From Dehalococcoidia bacterium (GTDB lineage: Bacteria > Chloroflexota > Dehalococcoidia > Lucifugimonadales > UBA3495): 64,000 nt of DNA. Under the pieces are notes generated by a model, which was given only the letters and a program-made list of their open reading frames with translations, searched no databases and was not told the DNA's origin. The translations under genes were made by a program, and so were the position numbers. Numbering within the stretch: the first letter of the stretch is position 1; every line of letters begins with the position of its first letter. Shown here piece after piece: positions 46,193-55,085 of the stretch. Location of the stretch: positions 11,221 to 75,220 of the forward strand of contig JBGPJN010000001.1 of NCBI GenBank assembly GCA_041485445.1, given 5' to 3'.

Positions 46193-46737
46193 CGTCTCAC
46201 GCTCCTTTTCGAGTCTTCCGCTTGGTGATCCTTCCTTACAACACTGGACACAACACTGGACGCTAGCTTGGCATAGTGGCCTTGCGCGCCTTTGACCATC
46301 TGCCGCACGCAATACTTGGCGTAGGCCCTGCCGAGGAGCCGTCCCAGCCATGCATTCTTGGGCGGCAGGTCATAGTCTATGGCAACGCGAAGCAGCGAGC
46401 TACAGTCCCGCGGCTCCACCTCAATACTCATGCGGTAATGCCCCACCACCAGAAGCCGCAGGTCCCCCACGGTCGCCCATGTCTTCCCTCGCGGCGGGTC
46501 GTAGCGCGTGACCACTTCGTCCAGGAAAAGTCTAATCCCGAAAACCTTGCCGCTCATACGAATGTGAGAGCCGACCTGCTGGCCGCGCCCCTCGTCCACT
46601 GAAATCTCCATGCGCCCACCCCCCGTCAGCCAGGACGACTGGCTCATGTGCGAGGAGAACCGGGCGTGGTCATCCACGTAGGCGAATAGATCTTCCGCCG
46701 GGGCGCTGATCGTTACGGAAGCTTCATAGTGCTTCAT
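46189..46737 (-). CDS. SRPBCC (START/polyketide cyclase-like) family protein
   Basis: The N-terminus [23 protein letters not shown] is typical of SRPBCC proteins, and the length is 182 aa. Confidence 0.75.
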   Translation of the reverse strand: MKHYEASVTISAPAEDLFAYVDDHARFSSHMSQSSWLTGGGRMEISVDEGRGQQVGSHIRMSGKVFGIRLFLDEVVTRYDPPRGKTWATVGDLRLLVVGHYRMSIEVEPRDCSSLLRVAIDYDLPPKNAWLGRLLGRAYAKYCVRQMVKGAQGHYAKLASSVVSSVVRKDHQAEDSKRSVRR

Positions 46738-46907
46738 GCACCCGCCTTAACGTACTTGTCCGGCTCCTTCTTGAAGTTGGCCTGGCACGCCGGACTGCAA
46801 AAGTAGTAGGTCTTGCCCTGGTAGTCGTGAGTCGCCTTGGTCTTCTTGGGCTCTATCTCCATCCCGCACACCGGGTCCTTGGCCTTTTGTTTAGTCCAGA
46901 ACGGCAT
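46734..46907 (-). CDS. YHS/TRASH domain protein (57 aa, absent from the ORF track)
   Basis: My own translation gives [65 protein letters not shown] lies upstream, and an ATGA overlap links it to the SRPBCC start. Confidence 0.75.
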   Translation of the reverse strand: MPFWTKQKAKDPVCGMEIEPKKTKATHDYQGKTYYFCSPACQANFKKEPDKYVKAGA

Positions 46908-46937
46908 ATGCGCTACCCTCCAAATTAGATTCTAGTC

Positions 46938-47597
46938 TCATGGTTCACGAACTGCGACGCCCCGCGAACTCCACCGGGGAATGAAGGCAGGAGTCCGCAG
47001 GGCATAGGCATCCCACCCCTCGCCAAACTCGCTTTTTACCTCCGCTTCCTCCCGCCGGGCTAGGCGGACGTACATCCAGACCAGCACCGGGAACATGGCC
47101 AGTGTCAGGATGGTCGGCCACTGGAGTAGGAAGCCCAGCATGATGAGCACGAAGGCGGCGTACTGGGGATGGCGGATGCGCGCGTACGGCCCGGTGGTGG
47201 CCAGGGCGTGAGCTCGCTGGGCCTTGTACAGCACCTGCCAGGAGCTGGCCAGGAGGACGAATCCGCCGAAGATCAGGACGTTGCTTAGGATGTGGAACGG
47301 CCCCAGGTGGGGATTGCTTCGCCAGCCGAACATGACCTCCAGGAGATGACCGGCATCGTGGGAGAAGAAATCGACGCCGGGGAACTTGCTCGAGAGCCAC
47401 CCTGAGAGCAGGTAGATGGTCAGGGGAAACCCGTACATCTCGGTAAACAGCGCCACAATGAAGGCGGAGAAGGCGCCAAAGGACCGCCAGTCCCTAGGGG
47501 TCTTTGGCTTGGTAAAGCTGAAGGCAAAGATGATGAACACCAGCGAGTTGATGACAACCAGCGTCCACAGGCCGTAGGCAGGCGCTAACGCAGTCAT
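46938..47597 (-). CDS. isoprenylcysteine carboxyl methyltransferase (ICMT)/PEMT-family membrane methyltransferase
   Basis: The C-terminal signature is [20 protein letters not shown]...RREE. The protein is polytopic. Confidence 0.8.
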   Translation of the reverse strand: MTALAPAYGLWTLVVINSLVFIIFAFSFTKPKTPRDWRSFGAFSAFIVALFTEMYGFPLTIYLLSGWLSSKFPGVDFFSHDAGHLLEVMFGWRSNPHLGPFHILSNVLIFGGFVLLASSWQVLYKAQRAHALATTGPYARIRHPQYAAFVLIMLGFLLQWPTILTLAMFPVLVWMYVRLARREEAEVKSEFGEGWDAYALRTPAFIPRWSSRGVAVREP

Positions 47598-47830
47598 GGC
47601 TTCGCAGACTCCTTGGCATGGGCATGAGGATCGTCACCCCCGGCCGGTCCACCGTGGCCTTTATGCATGAACAGGTGCAGCAGCAGACACGCCGCCACCA
47701 GCAGGAACGGCAGAAAGCCGAAGAGGTGGGCGCGGTGTTCCGTGAAGAGGAAAAAGGCGGCCACCGCCAGAAAGCCCAGCAGGGCCCATTTCCACCTGGA
47801 GCCAGTTCGATTCTGGGGTTGTCCATGCAT
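47594..47830 (-). CDS. DUF2933-like small membrane protein with a His-rich tail
   Basis: [49 protein letters not shown] matches my recollection of DUF2933. The start has an AAGGTGGA SD, and there is a 4-nt overlap with the ICMT start. Confidence 0.65.
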   Translation of the reverse strand: MHGQPQNRTGSRWKWALLGFLAVAAFFLFTEHRAHLFGFLPFLLVAACLLLHLFMHKGHGGPAGGDDPHAHAKESAKP

Positions 47831-47840
47831 GCGGTCCACC

Positions 47841-48107
47841 TTATGCCTGCCCTTCCAAGCTGGAGTTGTGCATCCAGACGAAGTAGGCGGCAAGAATCAG
47901 CGCGAACGCCAGCGCGTAGACCGCGCCCAGCACCACGCTTCCGGCGTTGATCCACGTGAATCCGGGCAACGTCTCAAAGATGGTGTGATGTAGCTCCATG
48001 CCGCGGGCGCTGCGCCACGGCATAAACCCGCCCAGCAGGCAGATGACGTAGACGACCTCGGCGCCCAGGACGCACTTCCAAGCATATGTTGTAAGTGAAA
48101 GGTTCAT
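47841..48107 (-). CDS. small membrane protein (DUF5676-like, from memory)
   Basis: The start is at MNLSLTTY. There are 2-3 TM helices. It sits in the position and has the size typical of small proteins found next to DUF2933 in metal loci. Confidence 0.5.
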   Translation of the reverse strand: MNLSLTTYAWKCVLGAEVVYVICLLGGFMPWRSARGMELHHTIFETLPGFTWINAGSVVLGAVYALAFALILAAYFVWMHNSSLEGQA

Positions 48108-48151
48108 AGGTGTACTTAAGCCCTCCTCTGTAGTTGTGTTGACTGTGGATT

Positions 48152-48733
48152 TCACTGCCCGGCCGAGCGGAGCTCGTCCGCCGACAATGCACTTGATGGT
48201 TGCCGCCGCATGGACCAAAGAAGCGCGGCGGCGACGCTAGCCAGGGCCAGCTCGATGGCAGGCATCAGGCTATCGAGGTCCACGCCCTCCTCGAAGCCAT
48301 CTCCCGGCAGCAACCATGGATGGGGGAACCCGTCCGCCAAATGGAATACCACGTTCATAAGCACGCCAGCCAGTGCCGCGATGATGATGACGACCAAAGT
48401 TCCCACCTTCATAGGCCGGCCGAGACGCTCCCACGCCAGGAGCCAAATCAGTCCGGCGCCAATAAGAGCGACGCCATCAAGCAACTCGCCAATCTCAACA
48501 AGGTACCCGAAGGCGGCGCCATTAGGAATGACGACGTTGTCCAGGAAACTGACAAACCAACCCGGCGCACCCACCGATTTCTCCGTGAGCTCGTCGGCAA
48601 GCCCCGCCGGGAAGCCACCACGGACGATCTTCGTCAGCCCGGAGATGAGCCATTCGTAACCGATAAATATCTGGACGGCAATCAACCCTACCAGTGGAAG
48701 TCTCGTTGCGAGGCGGTGGGAATGATCATCCAT
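48152..48733 (-). CDS. DoxX/DoxD-like membrane protein
   Basis: IFIGYEWLISGLTKI and FGYLVEIGELLDGVALIGAG match the DoxX-family pattern. Confidence 0.6.
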   Translation of the reverse strand: MDDHSHRLATRLPLVGLIAVQIFIGYEWLISGLTKIVRGGFPAGLADELTEKSVGAPGWFVSFLDNVVIPNGAAFGYLVEIGELLDGVALIGAGLIWLLAWERLGRPMKVGTLVVIIIAALAGVLMNVVFHLADGFPHPWLLPGDGFEEGVDLDSLMPAIELALASVAAALLWSMRRQPSSALSADELRSAGQ

Positions 48734-48959
48734 GGTTTCCTCCTTGCTCGCTGACCATGCGAGCCTTCACCCTTGCACTCACCAGGGGGGTGACGATGGG
48801 CATCAGCACGATCATGCAGAGGCCGAACACCCAGGCGGTGCCGCCGCCCCGGGCCACCCAGGTGTAGTCGCCCGCCAGGGTCACCCCCAGGAATGCTCCC
48901 GCGGCCACCAGGGCAACGCTGGTGTAGATAAGGGCACTGACCAGTCCCGGCCTTTTCAT
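48726..48959 (-). CDS. small membrane protein (hypothetical)
   Basis: The start at MKRPGL has an AAGGAGGAG SD. Two TM helices are present. The gene is wedged between copA and the DoxX-like gene. Confidence 0.4.
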   Translation of the reverse strand: MKRPGLVSALIYTSVALVAAGAFLGVTLAGDYTWVARGGGTAWVFGLCMIVLMPIVTPLVSARVKARMVSEQGGNHG

Positions 48960-48972
48960 CCTCCGCTCCTCC

Positions 48973-51468
48973 TTACTGGCCCGCCACTGGAGCCAGGTCA
49001 TTTGCCGGTGCTCCGGCTCCCTTCCGTAGCCGCCGGACTGGCGGCACAAACCCCCGCATCCGCTGAGTGTTCAGCGTCACCGAGAGGGAGCTGACCGCCA
49101 TCAGCAGCGCTGCCAGCTCCGGGCTGACCACCTGGGCAAAGAAGGGGTAGAGCAGGCCTGCGCCCAGGGGGATGGCCAGGGTGTTGTAGCCAAAGGCCCA
49201 CACCAGGTTCTCCTTGACCAGCCCCATGGTCCGGCGCGCCACCTGTATGGCGGCGATGACGTCCATCAGGTCGTCCTTGATGAGAATGACATGGCCGGTC
49301 TCCTTGGCTACGTCGGTGCCGGAGCCGATGGCGATGCCCACGTTGGCCTGGGCCAGGGCCGGCGCGTCGTTGATTCCGTCGCCCACCATGGCCACCCGGT
49401 ACTCCTCCGCCTGGAGCTTCTTCAGCTCGTTGGCCTTGTCCTCGGGCAGCACCTCCGCCAGCACCCGGTCGATGCCCAGCTTGGCGGCAATGGCGGCGGC
49501 GGTACGCTGGTTGTCGCCGGTGATCATGGCCACCTTCATGCCCATCCCCTGGAGGGCCTTGACTGCCTGGGCCGAGGTGTCTTTGAGGGTGTCGGCCACG
49601 GCCACCATCCCCAGCAGTTGACCGTCCGCCGCCACGAACATGGCGGTCTTGCCCTCAGTCTCCAGACGCTCCGCCTCGGGCAGGGCCGCCGCCAGGGGTA
49701 TCCCCTTCAAGGCCATCAGCCTCCGGTTGCCCAGCAGCACCCAGCGCCCGTCCACCCTGGCCTCAATGCCGTGGCCGGGAATGGCGTTGAACCCTGAGGC
49801 GTCCTCCAGCGTAAGACCCTGGGCCTGGGCACCCCGCACAATGGCTTCGCCCAACGGGTGCTCCGAGTTCTTCTCGGCGATGGCCGCCAAGCGCAGCACG
49901 TCCTCCTCGGCGCCGCCCAGGGCGACCACGTCGGTCACCGAGGGCTGGCCCTTGGTGAGGGTGCCGGTCTTGTCGAAGACCACGAACTGGAGCTTGGAGG
50001 TGGCCTCGATGGCATCCGCACCCTTGAAGAGGATACCGTGCTCGGCGGCCTTGCCGGTGCCCGCCATCATAGCCGCGGGAGTAGCCATGCCCACCGCGCA
50101 TGGGCAGGAGATGATCAGCACGCTCACCGAGGTCAGCAGGGCGAAGCCGAACACCCCCATGGCCGCCAGTGTGTAGGGCGTCAGCATGAGGTGGCTTTCC
50201 GGGGTGAACCAGAGGCCATAGCCCAGGAAGAACCAGAACAGGAACACCGTCAGGGCCAGGGCATGGACCCCCAGGATGAACTGGCCCGCCACCCGGTCGG
50301 CCAGCTTCTGGATGGGCGCCTTGCGGGTCTGGGCCTCCTCCACCAGCTTGATGATCTGGGCCAGGGCGGTGTCTTTGCCCACCTTGGTGGCGCGGAACGT
50401 GAAGGCGCCGGTCTTGTTCAGAGTAGCGCCGATGACCTCGTCCCCCGCTTTCTTCTCCACCGGCATGCTCTCCCCAGTGATCATGGACTGGTCCACTGAG
50501 GAGTAGCCTTCCTGAATCAGGCCGTCCACTGGAATGCTCTCTCCGGGCTTCACCAACAGCAGGTCGTTGATCTGCACCTCCTCGGCGGCGATCTCCACCT
50601 CCTGCCCGTCCCGCATCACCCTGGCCCTTCGGGGCTGGAGCTTCATCAGGCGGCGGATGGCCTCAGACGTGCGCCCCATGGTCACCGCCTCCAGGTAGCG
50701 CCCCAGGACGATGAAGGCGGTGAGCAGCACCGCAGCCTCGTAGAAGGTGGCCTCACGCCCGCCGAAGCCGGCCTCGGGCCAGAAGGTGTTGATGACGGCG
50801 ATGAGGTAGGCGGCGCCGATGCCGGTGGCGTAAAGGAGGTTCATGTCGGTGATGCCGTGCTTGAGGCCGTTCCAGGAGTTCACGAAGAACTGTCGCCCCG
50901 GCCCGAAGACGATGGGCGTGGTGAGCAGGAACAGCACCACCTTGTCGTTCAGCCACTGGGGAATGAGGCTGGGCAGGAACCAGTAGGGCTGGAAGGTGCC
51001 CAGCATCACCACAATGCCCACGGGCCAGGCGATGGCCATGTTGATCAGCTGGCGGCGGGTCTCCCTCTGCCGGGCCGCCCGTTCCCGGTCCAGGGCCTCC
51101 TGCCCCTCTGCCCTTTCGGCCACTCCATAGCCCAGGTCCTGGATGACCCTCTTGAGTTGTTGGGGCGAGACCGCTCCCGGAACGTACTCAATACGGGCGT
51201 TCTCGGTGGCGGAGGTGACCACCGCCTGCTGTACCCCCGGCGTTCCCATCAAGGCCTTGGTGATGTTCACCTCACAGTGCCCCCCCATCATGCCGGTGAC
51301 GTGGAACTGGATGGTGGCCGTGTCCCCCTCAGACCCCCCTTGGCCCGTCGATCCAGTGGTGGCGACAGAGGGGGCCGCGGCCGGGTCGTACGGCACTCGG
51401 GTGCCGCAGTGGGGGCAAATCTGCCTGTCGTCGTTGGCTCTTGGCTCTTTCTGGAGTTTCCTGGCCAT
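48973..51468 (-). CDS. copA: copper-translocating P1B-1-type ATPase
   Basis: It has the CPC motif in [26 protein letters not shown], the TM7 YN (FGYNTLAIP) and the TM8 MAVSSLSV. The start at MARKLQ has a GGGAGG SD; the ORF track extends to 51648. The N-terminal HMA-like domain carries GMMGGHC instead of GMTCxxC. Confidence 0.95.
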   Translation of the reverse strand: MARKLQKEPRANDDRQICPHCGTRVPYDPAAAPSVATTGSTGQGGSEGDTATIQFHVTGMMGGHCEVNITKALMGTPGVQQAVVTSATENARIEYVPGAVSPQQLKRVIQDLGYGVAERAEGQEALDRERAARQRETRRQLINMAIAWPVGIVVMLGTFQPYWFLPSLIPQWLNDKVVLFLLTTPIVFGPGRQFFVNSWNGLKHGITDMNLLYATGIGAAYLIAVINTFWPEAGFGGREATFYEAAVLLTAFIVLGRYLEAVTMGRTSEAIRRLMKLQPRRARVMRDGQEVEIAAEEVQINDLLLVKPGESIPVDGLIQEGYSSVDQSMITGESMPVEKKAGDEVIGATLNKTGAFTFRATKVGKDTALAQIIKLVEEAQTRKAPIQKLADRVAGQFILGVHALALTVFLFWFFLGYGLWFTPESHLMLTPYTLAAMGVFGFALLTSVSVLIISCPCAVGMATPAAMMAGTGKAAEHGILFKGADAIEATSKLQFVVFDKTGTLTKGQPSVTDVVALGGAEEDVLRLAAIAEKNSEHPLGEAIVRGAQAQGLTLEDASGFNAIPGHGIEARVDGRWVLLGNRRLMALKGIPLAAALPEAERLETEGKTAMFVAADGQLLGMVAVADTLKDTSAQAVKALQGMGMKVAMITGDNQRTAAAIAAKLGIDRVLAEVLPEDKANELKKLQAEEYRVAMVGDGINDAPALAQANVGIAIGSGTDVAKETGHVILIKDDLMDVIAAIQVARRTMGLVKENLVWAFGYNTLAIPLGAGLLYPFFAQVVSPELAALLMAVSSLSVTLNTQRMRGFVPPVRRLRKGAGAPANDLAPVAGQ

Positions 51469-51470
51469 AC

Positions 51471-51695
51471 TCAACCTCCCTGCTTGCTGGAAGGGCGCCC
51501 TGGTCTCTTGCCCCAGCCAAAATACGTGAACAGATACCAGCAGAGCAGGAAATCTGCCAGGACCAATGCTCCCAACAGGTACCAGGTCGTGCGCCAGCCG
51601 ATGAAGCGCGGCGCCACCAGGAGCAACACCGGGATGGTGCATAGCCAAAGAGCAATGGCCATCCAGAGACCCGTATTGTCAGACCTTCGATGCAT
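51471..51695 (-). CDS. small two-TM membrane protein (hypothetical) immediately upstream of copA
   Basis: This 74 aa ORF has an AGGGAG SD and ends 2 nt before the copA start. I recognise no family. Confidence 0.35.
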   Translation of the reverse strand: MHRRSDNTGLWMAIALWLCTIPVLLLVAPRFIGWRTTWYLLGALVLADFLLCWYLFTYFGWGKRPGRPSSKQGG

Positions 51696-51885
51696 CGTGT
51701 TTGACTCCCTATCGCAGTTGGGGCAACCGCGAACCTATGACTGGGCCCCAGGGGCGCCCTGCTAAACTGCTCGACCCCCTTCAGTATGTTGCTGTGCCCT
51801 CGATCCCTGTAAGCAGAATCAGCCGCGTCGTCTGCCAGCGGGCCGCGGGTTGGCCCCTCTGCCCGCTTCGGCGGGGTGTGGTTCT

Positions 51886-52653
51886 TCAGCCCGCGGCTTC
51901 ACGGGCTGCGCCTGCATTCGCCTGAGGCCCAGCAGAGGCAGGACCCGGCGGTCCAGACCCCACCAGCCGGCGGTGCGCCAGGCCAGAATCAGCCGTGTCC
52001 CCTCCAGCGCCAGCACCGCGTTGGTGCCGCGGTCTCTTGAGTACTCTGATGTCGGTCAACTCGCCTTTCCCGTTCTTCACCTCCACGGCGCCAATGGTCA
52101 AGAAGTGCCTCGCGATATTTTTCCAGATGATCTTGGTATTGCGATGACGGAACATCGAGACGATAACCAAGCCATCTTCCTCGAGCGCGTCGAAATAGCG
52201 CGACAGGACCTGGATGGGGCGCGATGCGTAGTAAAGACTCTCGTTGAAGACGACTATGTCGAATCTGGAGGGAGGGCGCCATTCCGTGAAATCAGCCACT
52301 TCAAACGCAACCCTAGCGCGCACGCACGCACGGGCCTTGCTGACCCCTTCCGTTGACAGGTCAATCCCGACGTATTCTCTCAAAGGAAACCCTTCGAGTT
52401 CTGTCAGCAAGCGGCCATATCCACATCCGACGTCCAGAATCGCTGGCGGAGCCGGGTGATTTCTAATGTACGCAGCGATCAGGGCATATCTCGGCAACTC
52501 GTCCAAGGACTCGAAGTTATCCCAGTGACCGGTGCGGTACTGTGAGTCCCAGGTGTTCGCCGGAACGGGACAGCCATATCCCCTCGGCCCTAGGAACATT
52601 TCATAATAGGCAAGTCCAACCACCCGCAGAGCTTGCCTCATGAGCCGACGCAT
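51886..52653 (-). CDS. class I SAM-dependent methyltransferase
   Basis: It has the ILDVGCGYGRL motif. The low-complexity Gly/Ala/Pro C-terminal tail suggests the native 3' end may have been altered. Confidence 0.7.
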   Translation of the reverse strand: MRRLMRQALRVVGLAYYEMFLGPRGYGCPVPANTWDSQYRTGHWDNFESLDELPRYALIAAYIRNHPAPPAILDVGCGYGRLLTELEGFPLREYVGIDLSTEGVSKARACVRARVAFEVADFTEWRPPSRFDIVVFNESLYYASRPIQVLSRYFDALEEDGLVIVSMFRHRNTKIIWKNIARHFLTIGAVEVKNGKGELTDIRVLKRPRHQRGAGAGGDTADSGLAHRRLVGSGPPGPASAGPQANAGAAREAAG

Positions 52654-53162
52654 CGATCACCTCGCTTCCTCTTATCTGCCCTCACCGTCTGGCGCCGAAC
52701 GACTTGATTGCATATAGTCTTGGAGTTCGGCAGACCTGGCGCTATATCGTGTCTCTCCCCGATGCCACCAGCTTGGCGAACCAGGTGTAGTGCCCACCCT
52801 CCAGCAACGTCTGCCAGCAATGCCTGAAGGAAAGCCCGGTACCAATCATAGGCCACCGGCGGTCGCCCCACCTCCGGGACCACAATGGCCCGCTCCCAGA
52901 ACTTTTGCACCGCCGCCCCGGTCTGCATCCAGGCTGGATCGTTGACCTTCTCCCAGCCGGCTTCCAGCCACTGCCAGCCCAGCCACAGGCGAAGGACGAG
53001 CCAGACCGGAGCGAAGCGGAAGTCCCCAAAGACCAAGCGGGAAAACCAGGGCTCCGCAGCCCAGGAACACGAGCGTGTAGAGTCGGGGTGAGCCTCGCAT
53101 TTCATGGGTTGTTTAATCCACTGTGCGAGTCTACTGGGCATTTCACGCCTCCACGCGGACAA
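52638..53162 (-). pseudogene. DoxX-like membrane protein fragment (frameshifted/truncated)
   Basis: The N-terminal part reads FAPVWLVLRLWLGWQWLEAGWEKV...AFLQALL. The family-typical continuation EGGHYTWFAKLVA appears in another frame (ORF 52742-53029) and then stops, so the rest of the domain is absent. Confidence 0.35.
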
Positions 53163-53757
53163 CGTTTCCGTACTTGGGGTTTCCCATCCCAGCGGCTGTC
53201 TAGCCCATAACGAACCGAGTCGTGATGAGTTTCCCAGTCCCGCATGACTCTGCCAGGAGCTAGGCGGCTTTCCTCAGCGCGTTGGCTAAGGAATAGGCAA
53301 GGGAAAGAGCCGGGCTGAAGAAGCCCTTACGCTGGCTAGTCTGCCAGCTAGGCGGAGATACGAGGCGGTCTAACGGGAGGCTGGACGGAGGCGGTAGAGA
53401 GATGGGGTGCCGAAGGAGAGGAAAGCAAAACTGGGGTCCCTAGGGGTAGTGCGGTCGCAGAAATACCCATCAGAGCCTGGGCGGTCATCCCATGGACGTG
53501 GATATTGTCCCCTTCATGCTGGCCGGGGGCGGTTGGCAAAACTGGAGCAGTTGTGTGGTCGCAAGGGCTGGGTGAAAAGGCGGGGGTTACGCCGCTGGAC
53601 GAGCGGAATGGGTCTCCCCTACTCGCAACCACGTGTCCAGGGTCGCCCCCGCAACTCAAGTCAAGGATTGGAGACACGAAGGTCATCAAGGCTGCCATGA
53701 GGACACTCGACGCAGCAAGCAGGCACATGGCCCTGGTCCGCTTCATGCAATCCATAC

Positions 53758-53850
53758 TTATAGACCCCTGCATAAATTCTTGACCCGTATCTGACGAAAT
53801 CCCCCCAACCCCCCTTTGCGAAAGGGGGGCAAGGGTGGAGTTCCGCCGCA
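53758..53850 (-). repeat. dispersed repeat, right copy (inverted relative to 29288-29370)
   Basis: CTGACGAAATCCCCCCAACCCCCCTTTGCGAAAGGGGGG and TTATAGACCCCTGC align with the reverse complement of 29288-29370. This copy has a short insertion after the G-run. Confidence 0.7.
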
Positions 53851-54127
53851 AGCGTCTTCCAACCGGTTTAGATGCTTATGCAAGGGTCGTTAACTTCAAC
53901 TTGTGCGGCAACGCATCCATCAAAAATTATTTGCTTATAGTCTAAACCATGAATCATGGTGTCATCTTGAGGGACTGCCGTGATGCCTCCGTGGAGACGA
54001 TGGCCGACTGGTGTGAAAGAGCCGTGAAAGCGCCCGGCACTATCAGGACCGAGATGTCTTGGCATGGCTGGCCGCACATAGACTCAGTAGCACCGGAAAG
54101 GCTTGTTCATCCACTATTCCCCGCGGC

Positions 54128-54308
54128 TGGCCCACGAGGGCCGCTAAACAATTTAACTTGCTGGGCCCACCCTTGGTCCCCAGTCCTTCTGTCGCCTACC
54201 AGGCCATGGTGGCGCCATTCCACCCGCTCAATATACAGGTCTCTTTGGTGCTACCGATTCTACACCAGGGGGGCTACCCCGCCCAGGACTCCCTAAATGG
54301 AGCGCAGA
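54128..54308. repeat. roughly 190-bp dispersed repeat (copy Y), uninterrupted at the MITE target CCAGGACT
   Basis: It aligns with 24330-24498 plus 24653-24668. A single CCAGGACT (54281-54288) sits where copy X has CCAGGACT-MITE-CCAGGACT. Confidence 0.6.
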
Positions 54309-55085
54309 GTTGGTGGCCGGACTTCGGCGACCGGCAGGCGGAGACTGGTGACTATGCGCCGTGTATAGAGCAAAGGCAGCAGAGATGGCTCAGTGGGAGT
54401 CGTCCCTGGTCGCAACAGGTAAGCGGGCACGGCGTCCGCCTTGAAGCAGGGACCACGGTGGTCACGGGAGTCAGCTTACCCTGGGAGCCCGCGTATTGTG
54501 TAGCGGGGCCTGCACAATACGCTTTCCCCGGTCCCGCATCGGGCATCACCTATACGCCATAGAGGGGTGAGAGACTTGGATCAACGCGCCGAGGCTCACT
54601 GGTCGCCTGAGTCGGAGTCGTCACCGATTGGTGGCCAAACTCGGCTGACCACGTGGGCGTCAGTGCGACCCTGATCCAGCCCACCGCTACCAAGGCCGAC
54701 AACTATGATGTACGAGGGTGTTCGGGCGTAAACAACCGCTGCCATCTGGAGCGCCCAGTCGCTAATCCCCTCGACAACGACCCGAGACAGAAGGCTGGTT
54801 TGGGTATCACGCCCTCGAGTAGGGTCGAATTCCCCGATCTTACATATCTGGCGGTGCTGGTGGCGGTAGGGTGGAGTAGCCTGAGACCATCAGTACTCGC
54901 CGGATCAACGTCTGAAGACGCAACGCCAGGACAAATCAACGCGATTAGACCACTCCGCTCATGCCAGGCCTCCTAAACTAGAGTGACCGATTATTCCACA
55001 TTGCCACAAATGGCCCCCCTGAGAACAACGCAATCTACCGTCCCAAAGGAGCTTGTATGCTATCGGGAAACCCAACTGGCAGTGG

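Noticed and set aside
51861-51876. The GC hairpin GCCCGC-TTCG-GCGGGG downstream of the methyltransferase gene, considered as a possible terminator.
   Set aside because: No T/U-run follows on the relevant (minus) strand. It is too short to distinguish from chance in GC-rich DNA.
53348-53851. A 167-aa ORF on the minus strand with an internal signal-peptide-like start (MKRTRAMCLLAASSVLMAAL).
   Set aside because: Its first roughly 30 codons are simply the dispersed repeat, which is also 'translated' at 29307. The rest is Pro/Ser-rich without motifs. It may be a small secreted protein, but the evidence is insufficient to list it as a gene.
54810-54850. A tRNA-like T-loop sequence, GGGTCGAATTCCCC.
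   Set aside because: The flanking sequence cannot be folded into acceptor, D and anticodon arms, and the putative T-stem pairs poorly.
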